From an uncultured Verrucomicrobiota bacterium (GTDB taxonomy: Bacteria > Verrucomicrobiota > Kiritimatiellia > JAAZAB01), in NCBI GenBank assembly GCA_964475405.1, contig CAYYWX010000003.1:4362-68361 (forward strand): a DNA stretch of 64,000 nucleotides, given 5' to 3'. Every line of letters starts with the position of its first letter. Positions within the stretch are counted from its first letter, which is position 1. Below are positions 33,961 through 43,256 of the stretch, one piece after another. The notes beneath the pieces were generated by a model. That model saw only the letters and a list, made by a program, of their open reading frames with translations, did not search any database and was not told the DNA's origin. The translations under genes and the position numbers were made by a program.

Positions 33961-34286
33961 ATAAAATTACGGCGCCGGCGGGTGCTCGCCGGACGCTCAT
34001 ACTCGTCGGGTCGTGGAAGCGCAAGCACCTGCTCCCGGCGGAAGATCAAAACTGATTCCACTCACAATCATGTCGTCAAACTTTTGATTTATGATTTTCA
34101 TTTGTTTTAATCTTTTTTGCAGTCGGGCATAATGTTTTTCCTGCTGCGTTTTCGCCGGACGAAATAAAATTATTAAAATCAACATTAGACAACGCCGAAT
34201 AAATTTGGGTTGTTTTCCAAATTGGGCAGCGATTTTAATGATTTTATTCATTTCATTTAATTTGAATTTCATTATTGACTCCTTTT

Positions 34287-35528
34287 TCAACCTTCATTCC
34301 TATCGCGTTCGGTTTCTTGCTTATCGACCAGTTTTTGCAATTTGATGTTCATTTCCCGCCAGATTTCTTTCGATTCCGTGAGGACTCTTAATTGCCGGTC
34401 CTCTGCCGCAAGGCCGGGCCGCGCTCCGCCGACCAGTCCCCCGACTCGCATCATGCTGTCAACGTTTTCACCCTGCCCCTTGATCCTGGATAATCCTTTG
34501 CCGGAATTGGCATAGTCGGCATAAAGATTTTCGAGTTCGTCCTGATTCTTTAATTCCTTGAAATAATATTTTCGGCCAAGCTCCTGCGCCTTTTCGTTTT
34601 CCTTATCGGCTTTTTTCTTTGCTTCGGCGGCTAGGTTTTCCTTGCGTTTAATCTGGTCTGCATTTGGCTTAATATCAGCATCGCCGGTGAATAAGCCGGT
34701 GAAGCTCTTTTTCTTTTTCATATCCTGCACGCCAAGTGCGGTTTCGGGGCCAGCTTCACTAAAAGCAAAGTAATCTTGCAACCCTTTCTTAAATCCTTTT
34801 TGTTCTATTTCAACCGATAGTTCGCCCAGGGCCGCGCCAACTCTTTCAATAGCTCCAACAGCAGCCGCCGCCCATAATTGCACCGTGTTCCCGGCTCTTT
34901 CTAAGGTCGCCTGCGCCTTCGCCATTTCCTCAAAGCCTTTTGTGGCTTCCTTCGTCCGTTCGGCCAGCGGCCCCAAGCCTTCCTTGTCCAGCGCAATCAG
35001 CGTTTCAATAGTCTTGCGCCCGATCTTCCCGCCAAACAATTCATTGATTGCCGCGAACGCTTCTGCGCTTCCGCCGGCCTTGACGTAAGCCTGTGCAATC
35101 ATTTCTAAGGCCTTATCTGTCCCGGCTCCTACAAAATCATCCGCGCTGATTTTCAAAGATTTAAGCGCGTCTTCGTGTTTCTTGGAAAGGTTGACAAGCT
35201 GACCCTGCGCGTCACGGACCTTCCCCAGCACCTTGCTCATGTCATCAAATTCAAGTCCATTTTCCGCGCCGATGGTTTTCAGGGCAACCAGTTGCCCCAT
35301 TGTCATATTGGTCGCCTCGGCTATTTTGTCCATTTCGTGCGCGGTGTTCATTAGGGACTTACCGAAAGAAATAAGTGCCCCTACGGAGAACGCCCCGGCC
35401 AGCATCCCGCCGATGCCGGAAATGGACTTCTGGAAGCTGGACGTAAGCGACGTGACCTGCTTGGCCTCGGCCTTGTATTGCGTCGCGTCCAAATTCAGTA
35501 AAGCTTTAAGTTCTGCCAATGCGCTCAT
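34287..35528 (-). CDS. hypothetical coiled-coil protein whose N-terminal region resembles phage tape-measure proteins
   Basis: ...AGAFSVGALISFGKSLMNTAHEMDKIAEATNMTMGQLVALKTIGAENGLEFDDMSKVLGKVRDAQ resembles the tape-measure core. The C-terminal half is Lys/Glu-rich coiled coil. The assignment is tentative. Confidence 0.4.
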   Translation of the reverse strand: MSALAELKALLNLDATQYKAEAKQVTSLTSSFQKSISGIGGMLAGAFSVGALISFGKSLMNTAHEMDKIAEATNMTMGQLVALKTIGAENGLEFDDMSKVLGKVRDAQGQLVNLSKKHEDALKSLKISADDFVGAGTDKALEMIAQAYVKAGGSAEAFAAINELFGGKIGRKTIETLIALDKEGLGPLAERTKEATKGFEEMAKAQATLERAGNTVQLWAAAAVGAIERVGAALGELSVEIEQKGFKKGLQDYFAFSEAGPETALGVQDMKKKKSFTGLFTGDADIKPNADQIKRKENLAAEAKKKADKENEKAQELGRKYYFKELKNQDELENLYADYANSGKGLSRIKGQGENVDSMMRVGGLVGGARPGLAAEDRQLRVLTESKEIWREMNIKLQKLVDKQETERDRNEG

Positions 35529-35777
35529 ATTTTCACCTTTAATTTAATTTTGTGTTTTGCCGCCGCCGTTGACGGCCAGTGTTTAATTTTCGCTACGGTA
35601 TTTTTTATATTGCCCCCTTTATGTCGTTTTGTTTTGTCGTGAAAATCTGCCGGCTGCGCGAACGTCGGCCGGCGCGACGTGAAACCAGCAATCGCGCTTT
35701 GCTGCCTGAAATACCGGTCGAGGCGATTAACGGGACCGGCAACGCCGTGAAAAGCTACAGCGCCCCTCTGCTGATTT

Positions 35778-36269
35778 TTACGCCCAGGTTGTATATTTCA
35801 ATCCAAGTTCGCCGGCCCGGCGGATGGCAACGGAGAGCTTTGTTTGATAGAGGCTGGCAGCTCTTCGCGCCGCTAACAATAAGGGCTCAACCTTTATCGA
35901 GCCTTCGATAGCTTCCTCCAGCACGCGGCAGCGTTCGCCCAGGATCGGAAGAAGCTGGGCCCGCATTTCGGCTTGTGCCAGTTTGTAATCTTTTTCGGCT
36001 TGCGCGTGAGTTTTCTGGGCCTCGTCAACTTCTAACTTGCGGGCCGTGAGCTCTGCCATTGGCCGGCTGGCGGCGAGCGCGTCTTTACGCGCTTTCAGCA
36101 TTTGCAACCGGCTCGCTGCCTTCGCGTGCTCGTTCAATCCCTTCGCTGATATGTCGTTTGCCGTCTCCAATTCCTGCAATGCCTGGGCGGCGGCGGCGAT
36201 TGCTTCCGGCAGGGTTGATAGTTCCGCGTCAATTTGTTCAACCGTCATCATATTATTTTCGTTTTCCAT
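35778..36269 (-). CDS. hypothetical coiled-coil protein (island)
   Basis: 163-aa ORF co-oriented with its neighbours, Ala/Glu/Lys-rich and helical. No motif was recognised. Confidence 0.45.
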   Translation of the reverse strand: MENENNMMTVEQIDAELSTLPEAIAAAAQALQELETANDISAKGLNEHAKAASRLQMLKARKDALAASRPMAELTARKLEVDEAQKTHAQAEKDYKLAQAEMRAQLLPILGERCRVLEEAIEGSIKVEPLLLAARRAASLYQTKLSVAIRRAGELGLKYTTWA

Positions 36270-36282
36270 GTGTTTTTCCTTT

Positions 36283-36642
36283 CTATTTCAGAATTGCTTT
36301 GCGGTGGGCCTGAGCGCGATCCAGAAGGCTCGAGGTTGCCAGCCGATATTCTTCATCCATCTTTTCAGCGGCAATATAGTCAAGGTCGCGTTTTATCGCG
36401 GCAATCAGATCGTTTGAATGCGTCTGATAATGGCCTCGACGTTCTGCCGCTTCTGCCTTTACTTTTTCCCCGGCGATCCGCGCGCTCTCGGCGGTTTTAG
36501 CATCACCATTTCGCCGCGCAAAAAAGAATGCGCTGGTATAGAGCGGGATTTTAGCCTGTAAATCCAGCACGTGTTCGCGGCAAATTTCTTCTTCTTCGAG
36601 CAGATATTTCAGGCTGTTTTCTTTTGTAATTTCTTCTGTCAT
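36283..36642 (-). CDS. hypothetical protein (island)
   Basis: 119-aa ORF tightly spaced with the downstream gene. No motif was recognised. Confidence 0.45.
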   Translation of the reverse strand: MTEEITKENSLKYLLEEEEICREHVLDLQAKIPLYTSAFFFARRNGDAKTAESARIAGEKVKAEAAERRGHYQTHSNDLIAAIKRDLDYIAAEKMDEEYRLATSSLLDRAQAHRKAILK

Positions 36643-36726
36643 TTTTGTTCCTTAGTGTTTCGTGCATTTTGGCAGCTCTCGCCGCCGGTGATTTTTGATT
36701 GTCTTTGTTTTCTTCGCCTCCTTTCG

Positions 36727-39120
36727 TTAGTAAATTGGGTTTTGGATCGGGATTTGTGCAACTCGTCGCCCAGGGATTTGGTTCTGGCGGATGGGTGGCC
36801 GCGTAGGTGGTTCGCCCTCAATAGGGATTAGGCATTGCCTACGCGGCGGCTCCGGGCGGCGGCGTGGTAGTGTTATGCCGGTTGTTGAAAGCCCGGACGT
36901 TGCCGCTGCAACCCAGCAACCGACAAGCGCGTCGGAAAAATCCCAGTGAGTTCCGGGCGCATGCACCCATTCCCAGCGGACGCCGCGCTCGGTTTCGTAT
37001 TTGTTCACTAGTTTTTCAGCCGTGAGGTGTTCGGTAAGTGGGACGTGATAGCGGTCCGGGGCGGCGTGAAGTGTGAATCCGCCCGGGGCCCCCGGGACGG
37101 CCAGGAAAGCCCGTTGTGCTGTCTCGCGCCAGGCGTCTGCATTAAAAACAACATACGGGCCATTATCTGACTTTTGGACGTGGCAGCCTTCATACGGCCT
37201 GCTGATAAGTTGATCGCGTTTTATCCAGTATTTATGAGCGGCCCGGCCGGCGGACGGGATCACCCTGAACGGATAAGCGAACGTATTGCAAAACCGATGA
37301 ACCACGTCGGCTTCATAGCCCAGGTCAATTAAAATCAAACTCGGGTGAATACGCTGCGCGCCTCGGATAAAATGCGTCCCGGCAATTTGATCGCATAGCG
37401 CCTTTAAGCCTCCGAAAATTGCGCGTTTGCGGTCCAGTTCCGGCGCGTTCTTCTGCCATAGGTCGCCCTCTTGCGGATGTTTGCCATAAAGCGGCGTGTG
37501 GCCGGTCATACTTTGATCGAAAGCAGCCAGGCAGTAGTGCAATCCGACCCGGTTAATGTCAACGCTCCCGACGAATACCGTGCTAAGCGGCGGCAATTGT
37601 AGGCGCGGCAGGATAACGGCATGGGAAAGAATCATCGGGATGGATAATTCATACTGATTTCCGACGGAAGAAAGGGGGGCATTCTGATACTCGGCGGCGA
37701 AGGTGGCATCACCATGGTCGATTTTTATGTTATAGGCTGTTTGCATTGCGCTTATTTCTCCCGGTCGGATGCGGTGTTCCCAGCCTGTCCGGCCTCCTTT
37801 GTCCATTGCTTCACGGTTCGTTTTATAAAATTCGTTTGCCTCTTTGCCTTTGTCTCCCTCGGCGTTGCCGTGCTGGCGTAATTCGGCGTATTGTTTCCAC
37901 AAGGTTTGATCGGCTTCGGGCCAGTCGTAAACCATTTGCGTTTTCAGTCCCCGCCATTCGGGATGCAGTTTTGAATCAAGCAGGCGGTCCGCAAGGTCGC
38001 CTCGACAAATATCCTCGTCGGCGGTCGTCAATTCCGCTGACGTTCTGGCCCAGTTACTGATTGCGCTTGTCCCTGCTGCCATGTAAACGCTCTCCCTGGC
38101 AGTCCAGGACTCCCGGTCCTTCGGTTTTGGGGTATGCGCCACTAAGAGCAGGGCGCAGTTATTATCCCGGATAATCTGATTGACCGGCTGGATGAATGAT
38201 AAAAAGCTGGCCGTGGAATTAATGTCTGTCTGGCCGGGCAAATAGGCTTGATAAGGGTCAATGATGATTAAATCTGGCCTGGTCTTTTTGGTCTGGTCTG
38301 CTAACCATGCCGAAAAACCGGCTCCGGCTAACCCATAAACATGATGAATATGGAGATTTGCTTGAACCAGTGCCGGGCAGGGTTTTCCCTTGGCGTGCTT
38401 GATTATGGAAAGAAAGTCGCGTTTTAAGGTTTCCTCGTCATTCTCGGCGCCGATGTATTCAATGCGATAAGCGCCATGAACCGGAATACAACCAAGAATT
38501 TTTATGCCAGCGGCAAGCGAAACGGCAATCTGGTTAGCCAGGACTGTTTTCCCCAGGCCCGTGCCCCCGGTAAATAAGCATCCGGCGCCCCGGCGAATCC
38601 ATCCGTCACCAGCCAGGGAATAGTCCGGCGGAGTGGTATAATTTTGAAGATCATCTAAGCGCAGCGCCGGGAATAGGTCATGAATACCCGAGGATAGCTT
38701 ATCGGTCGCCGACTGAAGGGCGTCCTGCATTTCCGCTATTACGACATCAATTTGCTGGTTTGGGTCGCTGGCATTGCGTAGAAAATTGTTTCCGCTGGCA
38801 ATTGTGTTCTTTCTAACAATGGCCCCTTTGATTTGACCTGCATAATATTCCAGATAGGTGACCGGCATCTGGGCCGACAGAATCCGGTCCAGGACGTGCA
38901 ACTCAATACCCGTCGCCTCGGCAATGGTAGTTGTGGCAATTGGCTTGTTTGTGCTGTGTTTCTGTAATATGGCCGCAAATATTTTACGGCGCTGGGGGTC
39001 GGGGAAATCATCTTGGATTAATCCCGTTTTTAAGCATTCCGGCATTGCCAAGTCCGGGTCATAAAGGATGGTCCCCAGAAAGTTGTCCGCTGCGTCCAGG
39101 TCTGGCCGGGCGGCAATCAT
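36727..39120 (-). CDS. chimeric protein: DnaB-N-like domain plus RecA-fold AAA_25/RepA-like ATPase plus GpA-type terminase nuclease-like C-terminal half
   Basis: Residues ~10-100 look like the DnaB N-terminal domain (NFLGTILYDPDL...DFPDPQRRKIFAAIL). The ATPase has Walker A GGTGLGKT (~38545-38568), Walker B DLIIIDPY and LLLVAHTPK. Residues ~400-745 carry FAAEYQNAP, FVGSVDINRVGLHYCLAAF, LILIDLGYEADVVHRFC and WEWVHAPGTHWDFSDALVGCWVAAA, which resemble the lambda GpA nuclease-domain blocks. Confidence 0.65.
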   Translation of the reverse strand: MIAARPDLDAADNFLGTILYDPDLAMPECLKTGLIQDDFPDPQRRKIFAAILQKHSTNKPIATTTIAEATGIELHVLDRILSAQMPVTYLEYYAGQIKGAIVRKNTIASGNNFLRNASDPNQQIDVVIAEMQDALQSATDKLSSGIHDLFPALRLDDLQNYTTPPDYSLAGDGWIRRGAGCLFTGGTGLGKTVLANQIAVSLAAGIKILGCIPVHGAYRIEYIGAENDEETLKRDFLSIIKHAKGKPCPALVQANLHIHHVYGLAGAGFSAWLADQTKKTRPDLIIIDPYQAYLPGQTDINSTASFLSFIQPVNQIIRDNNCALLLVAHTPKPKDRESWTARESVYMAAGTSAISNWARTSAELTTADEDICRGDLADRLLDSKLHPEWRGLKTQMVYDWPEADQTLWKQYAELRQHGNAEGDKGKEANEFYKTNREAMDKGGRTGWEHRIRPGEISAMQTAYNIKIDHGDATFAAEYQNAPLSSVGNQYELSIPMILSHAVILPRLQLPPLSTVFVGSVDINRVGLHYCLAAFDQSMTGHTPLYGKHPQEGDLWQKNAPELDRKRAIFGGLKALCDQIAGTHFIRGAQRIHPSLILIDLGYEADVVHRFCNTFAYPFRVIPSAGRAAHKYWIKRDQLISRPYEGCHVQKSDNGPYVVFNADAWRETAQRAFLAVPGAPGGFTLHAAPDRYHVPLTEHLTAEKLVNKYETERGVRWEWVHAPGTHWDFSDALVGCWVAAATSGLSTTGITLPRRRPEPPRRQCLIPIEGEPPTRPPIRQNQIPGRRVAQIPIQNPIY

Positions 39121-39332
39121 GACGCGCCGCCGTTTCCGGTCCGATTCAGTGTTTTGACCGTATTCCTTTTGAGGAAAAGCTCGATATCCTCGGTTTTGAA
39201 TAAAGTCGTTTTCCGTCCAACCTTGACGAACGGGATCAGCCGGCGGGCTTGCCAGGATGACATTAACCTTGCGGTTATCCCGTAGCGGCCGATAGCGTCA
39301 GTGCGGCGAATATAAAGCGGCTCCGCGTTCAT
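39117..39332 (-). CDS. AlpA/excisionase-type helix-turn-helix protein
   Basis: 71 aa. YIRRTDAIGRYGITARLMSSWQARRLIPFVKVGRKTTLFKTEDIELFL is a typical excisionase/MerR-like HTH. The stop overlaps the start of the downstream ATPase gene. Confidence 0.65.
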   Translation of the reverse strand: MNAEPLYIRRTDAIGRYGITARLMSSWQARRLIPFVKVGRKTTLFKTEDIELFLKRNTVKTLNRTGNGGAS

Positions 39333-39364
39333 GATTTTTCCTTTTTCATGTCGTTTCCCTTTCC

Positions 39365-39571
39365 TTAAACAAACAGTTCATAGGGCCCGATGCCTAACTG
39401 TGTTGCGATGATGTTTCGTTCTTTGTCTGTGATCCGCGCGCGGCCGGTGGCAATGCGAAAAACACGGGATTCGGTCATTTCAGGCAGTCCCGCCGCTTGC
39501 AACTTCATGGCAAAATCTAACCCGGTCATCCCCAGCTCCATTATTCGAATGCTCATTTTTGATCTCCTCAT
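39365..39571 (-). CDS. XRE-like HTH regulator
   Basis: 68 aa. MTGLDFAMKLQAAGLPEMTESRVFRIATGRARITDKERNIIATQLGI fits the Cro/CI-type HTH pattern. Confidence 0.55.
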   Translation of the reverse strand: MRRSKMSIRIMELGMTGLDFAMKLQAAGLPEMTESRVFRIATGRARITDKERNIIATQLGIGPYELFV

Positions 39572-39666
39572 TTTCCCCTCCTATAGTATTTTTTTTTGAC
39601 GCCAATTACCCTTCCACCTAATATCTAAAATTATCGGAAATTATGCCTCCTTCGTTTGTTAGTCGT

Positions 39667-40347
39667 TTAATAGTCGTAAGTTGCGCGAAGTGATTTTATC
39701 GATTCTGAAACAATGGACTGCGAGATTTTAAGCTTGCGTGCGATCTCAGTTTGCTTCTCGCCGTCTGCCAGCATGGCTATAATTGAGGGAAGCAAGGGGT
39801 GAATATCCTTGGACCTTTGCAGGACTTCGACTAGTTCGAGTTTTGGTTTTACGGCGGCGGCAGGCTCGCCTAGGTTATTATAAATAGTTTCCATCGTGTT
39901 GTCGGTAGCGGGAATATTCTCAAGAGTGGGTTCCTCTTTTTCCTTAAATCTTCTCTCGCCACGTTGAAAAGAATTTTCTGCCTCCTTCTTGGCCCTGGCT
40001 ACGCCGTCTTCTATCACTTCAATTGATTTTTTGACGCCATGAAGGGTTTCGTGATTTAACTCGCAGTCAAATCCTTCTACTCCGGTCCAGCATGATCGTT
40101 GACAATATGCGCCATGCAGCCCTACACCCTTGCCGTGGATAATGCCGCCGCAATATTTGCAGGTTCGGAAATTTCTGAAGGTTGCGAGGGGCGCGTCCCT
40201 GCCGGTGATTTCTTTGGTCAAGGTCCGCCGGTCCTTTTCATCCAAGTTGGCCACGACAAACCGCGCATTCTCAATTGTTGGTTTCAATGCTTTCCTCAAT
40301 AATATTTTTGTAGAGATACGGGCAAAAAAAATAGCCGCCGGATACAC
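39667..40347 (-). CDS. putative transcription regulator: C4 zinc ribbon plus a C-terminal sigma-70 region 4 / LuxR-type HTH
   Basis: The zinc ribbon is CKYC-x15-CQRSC and the C-terminal HTH is IIAMLADGEKQTEIARKLKISQSIVSESIKSL. Confidence 0.5.
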   Translation of the reverse strand: MYPAAIFFARISTKILLRKALKPTIENARFVVANLDEKDRRTLTKEITGRDAPLATFRNFRTCKYCGGIIHGKGVGLHGAYCQRSCWTGVEGFDCELNHETLHGVKKSIEVIEDGVARAKKEAENSFQRGERRFKEKEEPTLENIPATDNTMETIYNNLGEPAAAVKPKLELVEVLQRSKDIHPLLPSIIAMLADGEKQTEIARKLKISQSIVSESIKSLRATYDY

Positions 40348-40399
40348 ATCCTTGCCGGCGTTGGCAAATTTGTGTATCCGTGGTTATATATAAGCAAGG

Positions 40400-40640
40400 G
40401 GTGTTCCAGTGTCCCTTTATTGGTCAAAACTGGATGCAAAAGGACGGTATAAAGGCAAATAGAGGACACTCCGATTTCGGGTGTGTCTCAGTAGGCGTGA
40501 CAAGATGGCGGAAATTGCAGGATTATGCCCGACGCGTCACAGTAGAGTGTCCCTGTAATGGCGAAAAAGCCTTATTATGGATAGGAAAAATCAAAAGATG
40601 GGACACATATCAGCCGTATGAATAGACGTTGTGTCTCACC
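40400..40640. promoter_or_regulatory. cluster of six GTGTC(C/T)-core sites (iteron- or operator-like) in a 320-bp intergenic gap of the island
   Basis: AGTGTCCCT at 40408 and 40546. Inverted AGTGTCC at 40464-40470. Inverted TGTGTCCC at 40600-40607. TGTGTCTCA at 40482 and 40630. Confidence 0.4.
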
Positions 40641-40666
40641 CGCTGGGGGCTGATGGTTTACTTCGT

Positions 40667-41314
40667 TTAATTCTTGGCAGACAAGCGACGATCAACAACA
40701 TCATCCGGAGACCATCCTCGCGTCCGGCTCCATAAACCATAGTGCATCTTTAACTCTAACATGGCGGCTTCAAATCCGTCATATCGAACATCCCGCGTTG
40801 ATTTTCTTTCGGGCTTCAACACAAGTGATTCTTCCCTTTCGGGGTCCGCTAGTCGTTTTTTTACTTCAGTTTCACTAATATTTAGGATTGTTGCAATTGT
40901 TTCAAGCCGGACCATGTGTGATGCATAATGTTGTTTTTTCCATTCGGCCTCTACAGCGGCAATGGCCGCATTCGAATTCCGACGGCGTGATTCGGCAATC
41001 TTCGTGTGCCCAACTTTACCATTTTTATTTATACTCACGCGCCCATTGTCGTCCTCAACTCGGCGGTGTTTGCAAAGAATAGATATTGCGGCAAAAAATC
41101 TCACAATCGGCTTTTTGTCGTCGAGCGATTTTTCCCACTCGACTTCATCATCTCCGATTTCTTCTAATGGTTCCACGAAACCATCAAAACCATGTTTCCA
41201 TTTTGCGAAAAGCCAGATTCGGTGCTGTGTATTTTTATCGGCGTTCATATACCATTTAATAAAAGCATCGCTAGTTGTCGTGTCTGTTTTTTTATCTTTT
41301 GGTTTCATGTTCAT
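40667..41314 (-). CDS. hypothetical protein (island)
   Basis: 215-aa ORF co-oriented with the island genes. No motif was recognised. Confidence 0.45.
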   Translation of the reverse strand: MNMKPKDKKTDTTTSDAFIKWYMNADKNTQHRIWLFAKWKHGFDGFVEPLEEIGDDEVEWEKSLDDKKPIVRFFAAISILCKHRRVEDDNGRVSINKNGKVGHTKIAESRRRNSNAAIAAVEAEWKKQHYASHMVRLETIATILNISETEVKKRLADPEREESLVLKPERKSTRDVRYDGFEAAMLELKMHYGLWSRTRGWSPDDVVDRRLSAKN

Positions 41315-41399
41315 TTCCCTGTCGGATGCCCACGGGCGCCGGAATAAAGCCGGACGCCCGCAGGACTTCCCCGGCTAGCTAAGCCAGGGCGAATTAATT

Positions 41400-41744
41400 T
41401 CACGCAACTAATTTACGGAAGTCTGGCTGAAACTCCCAGGGAATCATTTGTTTTACCAGCCATTTTACCGCCTGTTGCCGCGTAACCGATTCGAATATAT
41501 ACCGACTGCGCCGGTGCGAACGCGGCAACCGATGAACCCAGTTATTATATTCCTGGAAGTTCGGCGCTTTGCGCCATTTGCCGGCCTTGTTTTTGTATTC
41601 AATAATATGCACCCGGATAAACAGTGCGCCTTTTTTATTCTGCATCATGTCATTGTCCGCGCCGGTTGTAAAATCTGCGCTGGTACATATATTTTCCATT
41701 TCGGACTGTTCTTTTTCTCTGATGTTGCTTATACTTTTTGCCAT
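41400..41744 (-). CDS. hypothetical protein (island)
   Basis: 114-aa ORF between int and the next island gene. No motif was recognised. Confidence 0.4.
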   Translation of the reverse strand: MAKSISNIREKEQSEMENICTSADFTTGADNDMMQNKKGALFIRVHIIEYKNKAGKWRKAPNFQEYNNWVHRLPRSHRRSRYIFESVTRQQAVKWLVKQMIPWEFQPDFRKLVA

Positions 41745-41821
41745 GGTGATCGGTCTCCTTCATTGGTTATTGGTTGCCTAGGGGCAGGCGGTCGTTAGTG
41801 CGGCCGCTTGTCCCGCTTCGT

Positions 41822-43114
41822 TTAATCCTGCGGTGTCTCTTTCCGGTCGCCTCCTTTCTCGTTTGGTATGGTTTCACTTGCGGGCCCCGGTGCATCAGCC
41901 GGCTTAACTGGCTTGATATTCCAATACTGTTCCGCCTGTTGAGGGGTGGCCAGGGCCCTGTAATGATCAAACAGCAACCCGGTCGTTGTGTGCCCCAGTT
42001 GTAGGGCAACCTTGTTTGCCGACTGGTATTTTTGCAGGGCCATTGTCGCATAAGTATGGCGCGCGGCGTTCGGCGGATAGTCTGAAAAACCCTTCTTGAA
42101 TCCTGCCTTGCGCCGGACGCGGTCAAATTGATTGCGATTGTCGTGGCCCTCGGGTGCAACCAGGCCAGTTTCACGGCGGCAGATCATAAGCCATTCAATA
42201 AGGTTTGGCTCCATGTCAATGTTACGGGACCGGCGGCGCTTAGCTGTTTCCGCCCGGATGGTGATTAATCGGTTTTCAAAGTTTATATCTTCCCAGCGGA
42301 GCAATTGCAATTCGCTTGTTCGTAGTCCAGCGAAGAATGCGATTGCCAGCGGGGCCATCATTGCCGGGACTTCCTTTTGTGCCGTGGTCATCAGTTTTGC
42401 CACTTGGTCCGGATTTAGAATCTCCGGCAAGACGGTATCATGTAGAAGTTCTTTTCCGCGCCGGCTCGTTGATAGCGACGCAAAGGGGTTTAGCTTTGAA
42501 TATTCCTTTTCAATCATCCAATTGAACAGGCCGGATATAACCACCTTAAAATGATGCTTGCTCACTTGCGAATATACATTGCCGTTTTCCTTTTTTAACC
42601 CTCGCAACCACTGGTCGGCGTCGGAGCGTGATATCGCGGTGACTGATTTTTTACCGAAAGTTTCTGCAAATCGACGTAGGCGGCTGCGTAAATCCCCGAG
42701 GCTTCGGGCGCGTAGTCCATCTTCCGTTGACTGGATAGTGTAGCGTTCAATTGCTTCGTTGACGGTCAAGCTGACGCCGGACGGCAGGATGTTGTGCTCC
42801 GTGAAGAAATTTGCGCTTTGGAGAAGTGACGCTTTGCCGTCCAGGACACGACGGGCTTCCAGAATATCAATTCTTTCGTCGTCGGTAAGGTTACGAAGCG
42901 AGATATTCCGGTTTTTTAATTCAACAGTGCGCTCGTCGCGTAGCCGGTCCGCCTCGTTGTCGGCATCTTCCCGGCGTTTGAACGTCTGCTGATATCTTTC
43001 GCCGTTTAACTTCTGGCAATTGATCTGGTAACTGGTGCTCTTGTTCGTTACGCCGTTTTTATCTTGCCATTGATACTTTCTTATTCTAATTTTTGGCCAT
43101 GTCTTTTTGCTCAC
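41822..43114 (-). CDS. int: tyrosine recombinase / phage-type integrase
   Basis: 430 aa. The catalytic-domain motifs are AGLRTSEL (Arg), AARHTYATMAL (H-x-x-R region) and LGHTTTGLLFDHY (His...Tyr). It lies 142 bp from the intact tRNA-Ser. Confidence 0.9.
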   Translation of the reverse strand: MSKKTWPKIRIRKYQWQDKNGVTNKSTSYQINCQKLNGERYQQTFKRREDADNEADRLRDERTVELKNRNISLRNLTDDERIDILEARRVLDGKASLLQSANFFTEHNILPSGVSLTVNEAIERYTIQSTEDGLRARSLGDLRSRLRRFAETFGKKSVTAISRSDADQWLRGLKKENGNVYSQVSKHHFKVVISGLFNWMIEKEYSKLNPFASLSTSRRGKELLHDTVLPEILNPDQVAKLMTTAQKEVPAMMAPLAIAFFAGLRTSELQLLRWEDINFENRLITIRAETAKRRRSRNIDMEPNLIEWLMICRRETGLVAPEGHDNRNQFDRVRRKAGFKKGFSDYPPNAARHTYATMALQKYQSANKVALQLGHTTTGLLFDHYRALATPQQAEQYWNIKPVKPADAPGPASETIPNEKGGDRKETPQD

Positions 43115-43256
43115 TATCTTGTCTCCGGATAAGTATGAACCTATCGTTTCTTATCTGCTCATATAGTATCACGGTGACAAGTCGGCGACAAGAGATATTT
43201 TCAATTATTTTTAGCTTGTCAAAACAAGCATAAAAGCATTGAAAACAAAGGATTTC

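Noticed and set aside
33997-34290. 97-aa TTG-initiated ORF in the AT-rich segment of the island
   Set aside because: It has low-complexity Lys/Ile-rich composition, a non-ATG start and no motif. It might be real, since it abuts the upstream stop, but support is insufficient to list it as a feature.
34287-35528. Tape-measure-like protein as evidence for a complete prophage
   Set aside because: No capsid, portal, terminase small subunit, tail or lysis genes accompany it in the 10.6-kb element. The similarity is limited to the N-terminal helical region and is from memory only.
40380-40625. 81-aa plus-strand ORF in the island intergenic gap
   Set aside because: It is the only plus-strand ORF in the element and has no SD. 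The sequence is better explained by the cluster of GTGTC-core repeats.
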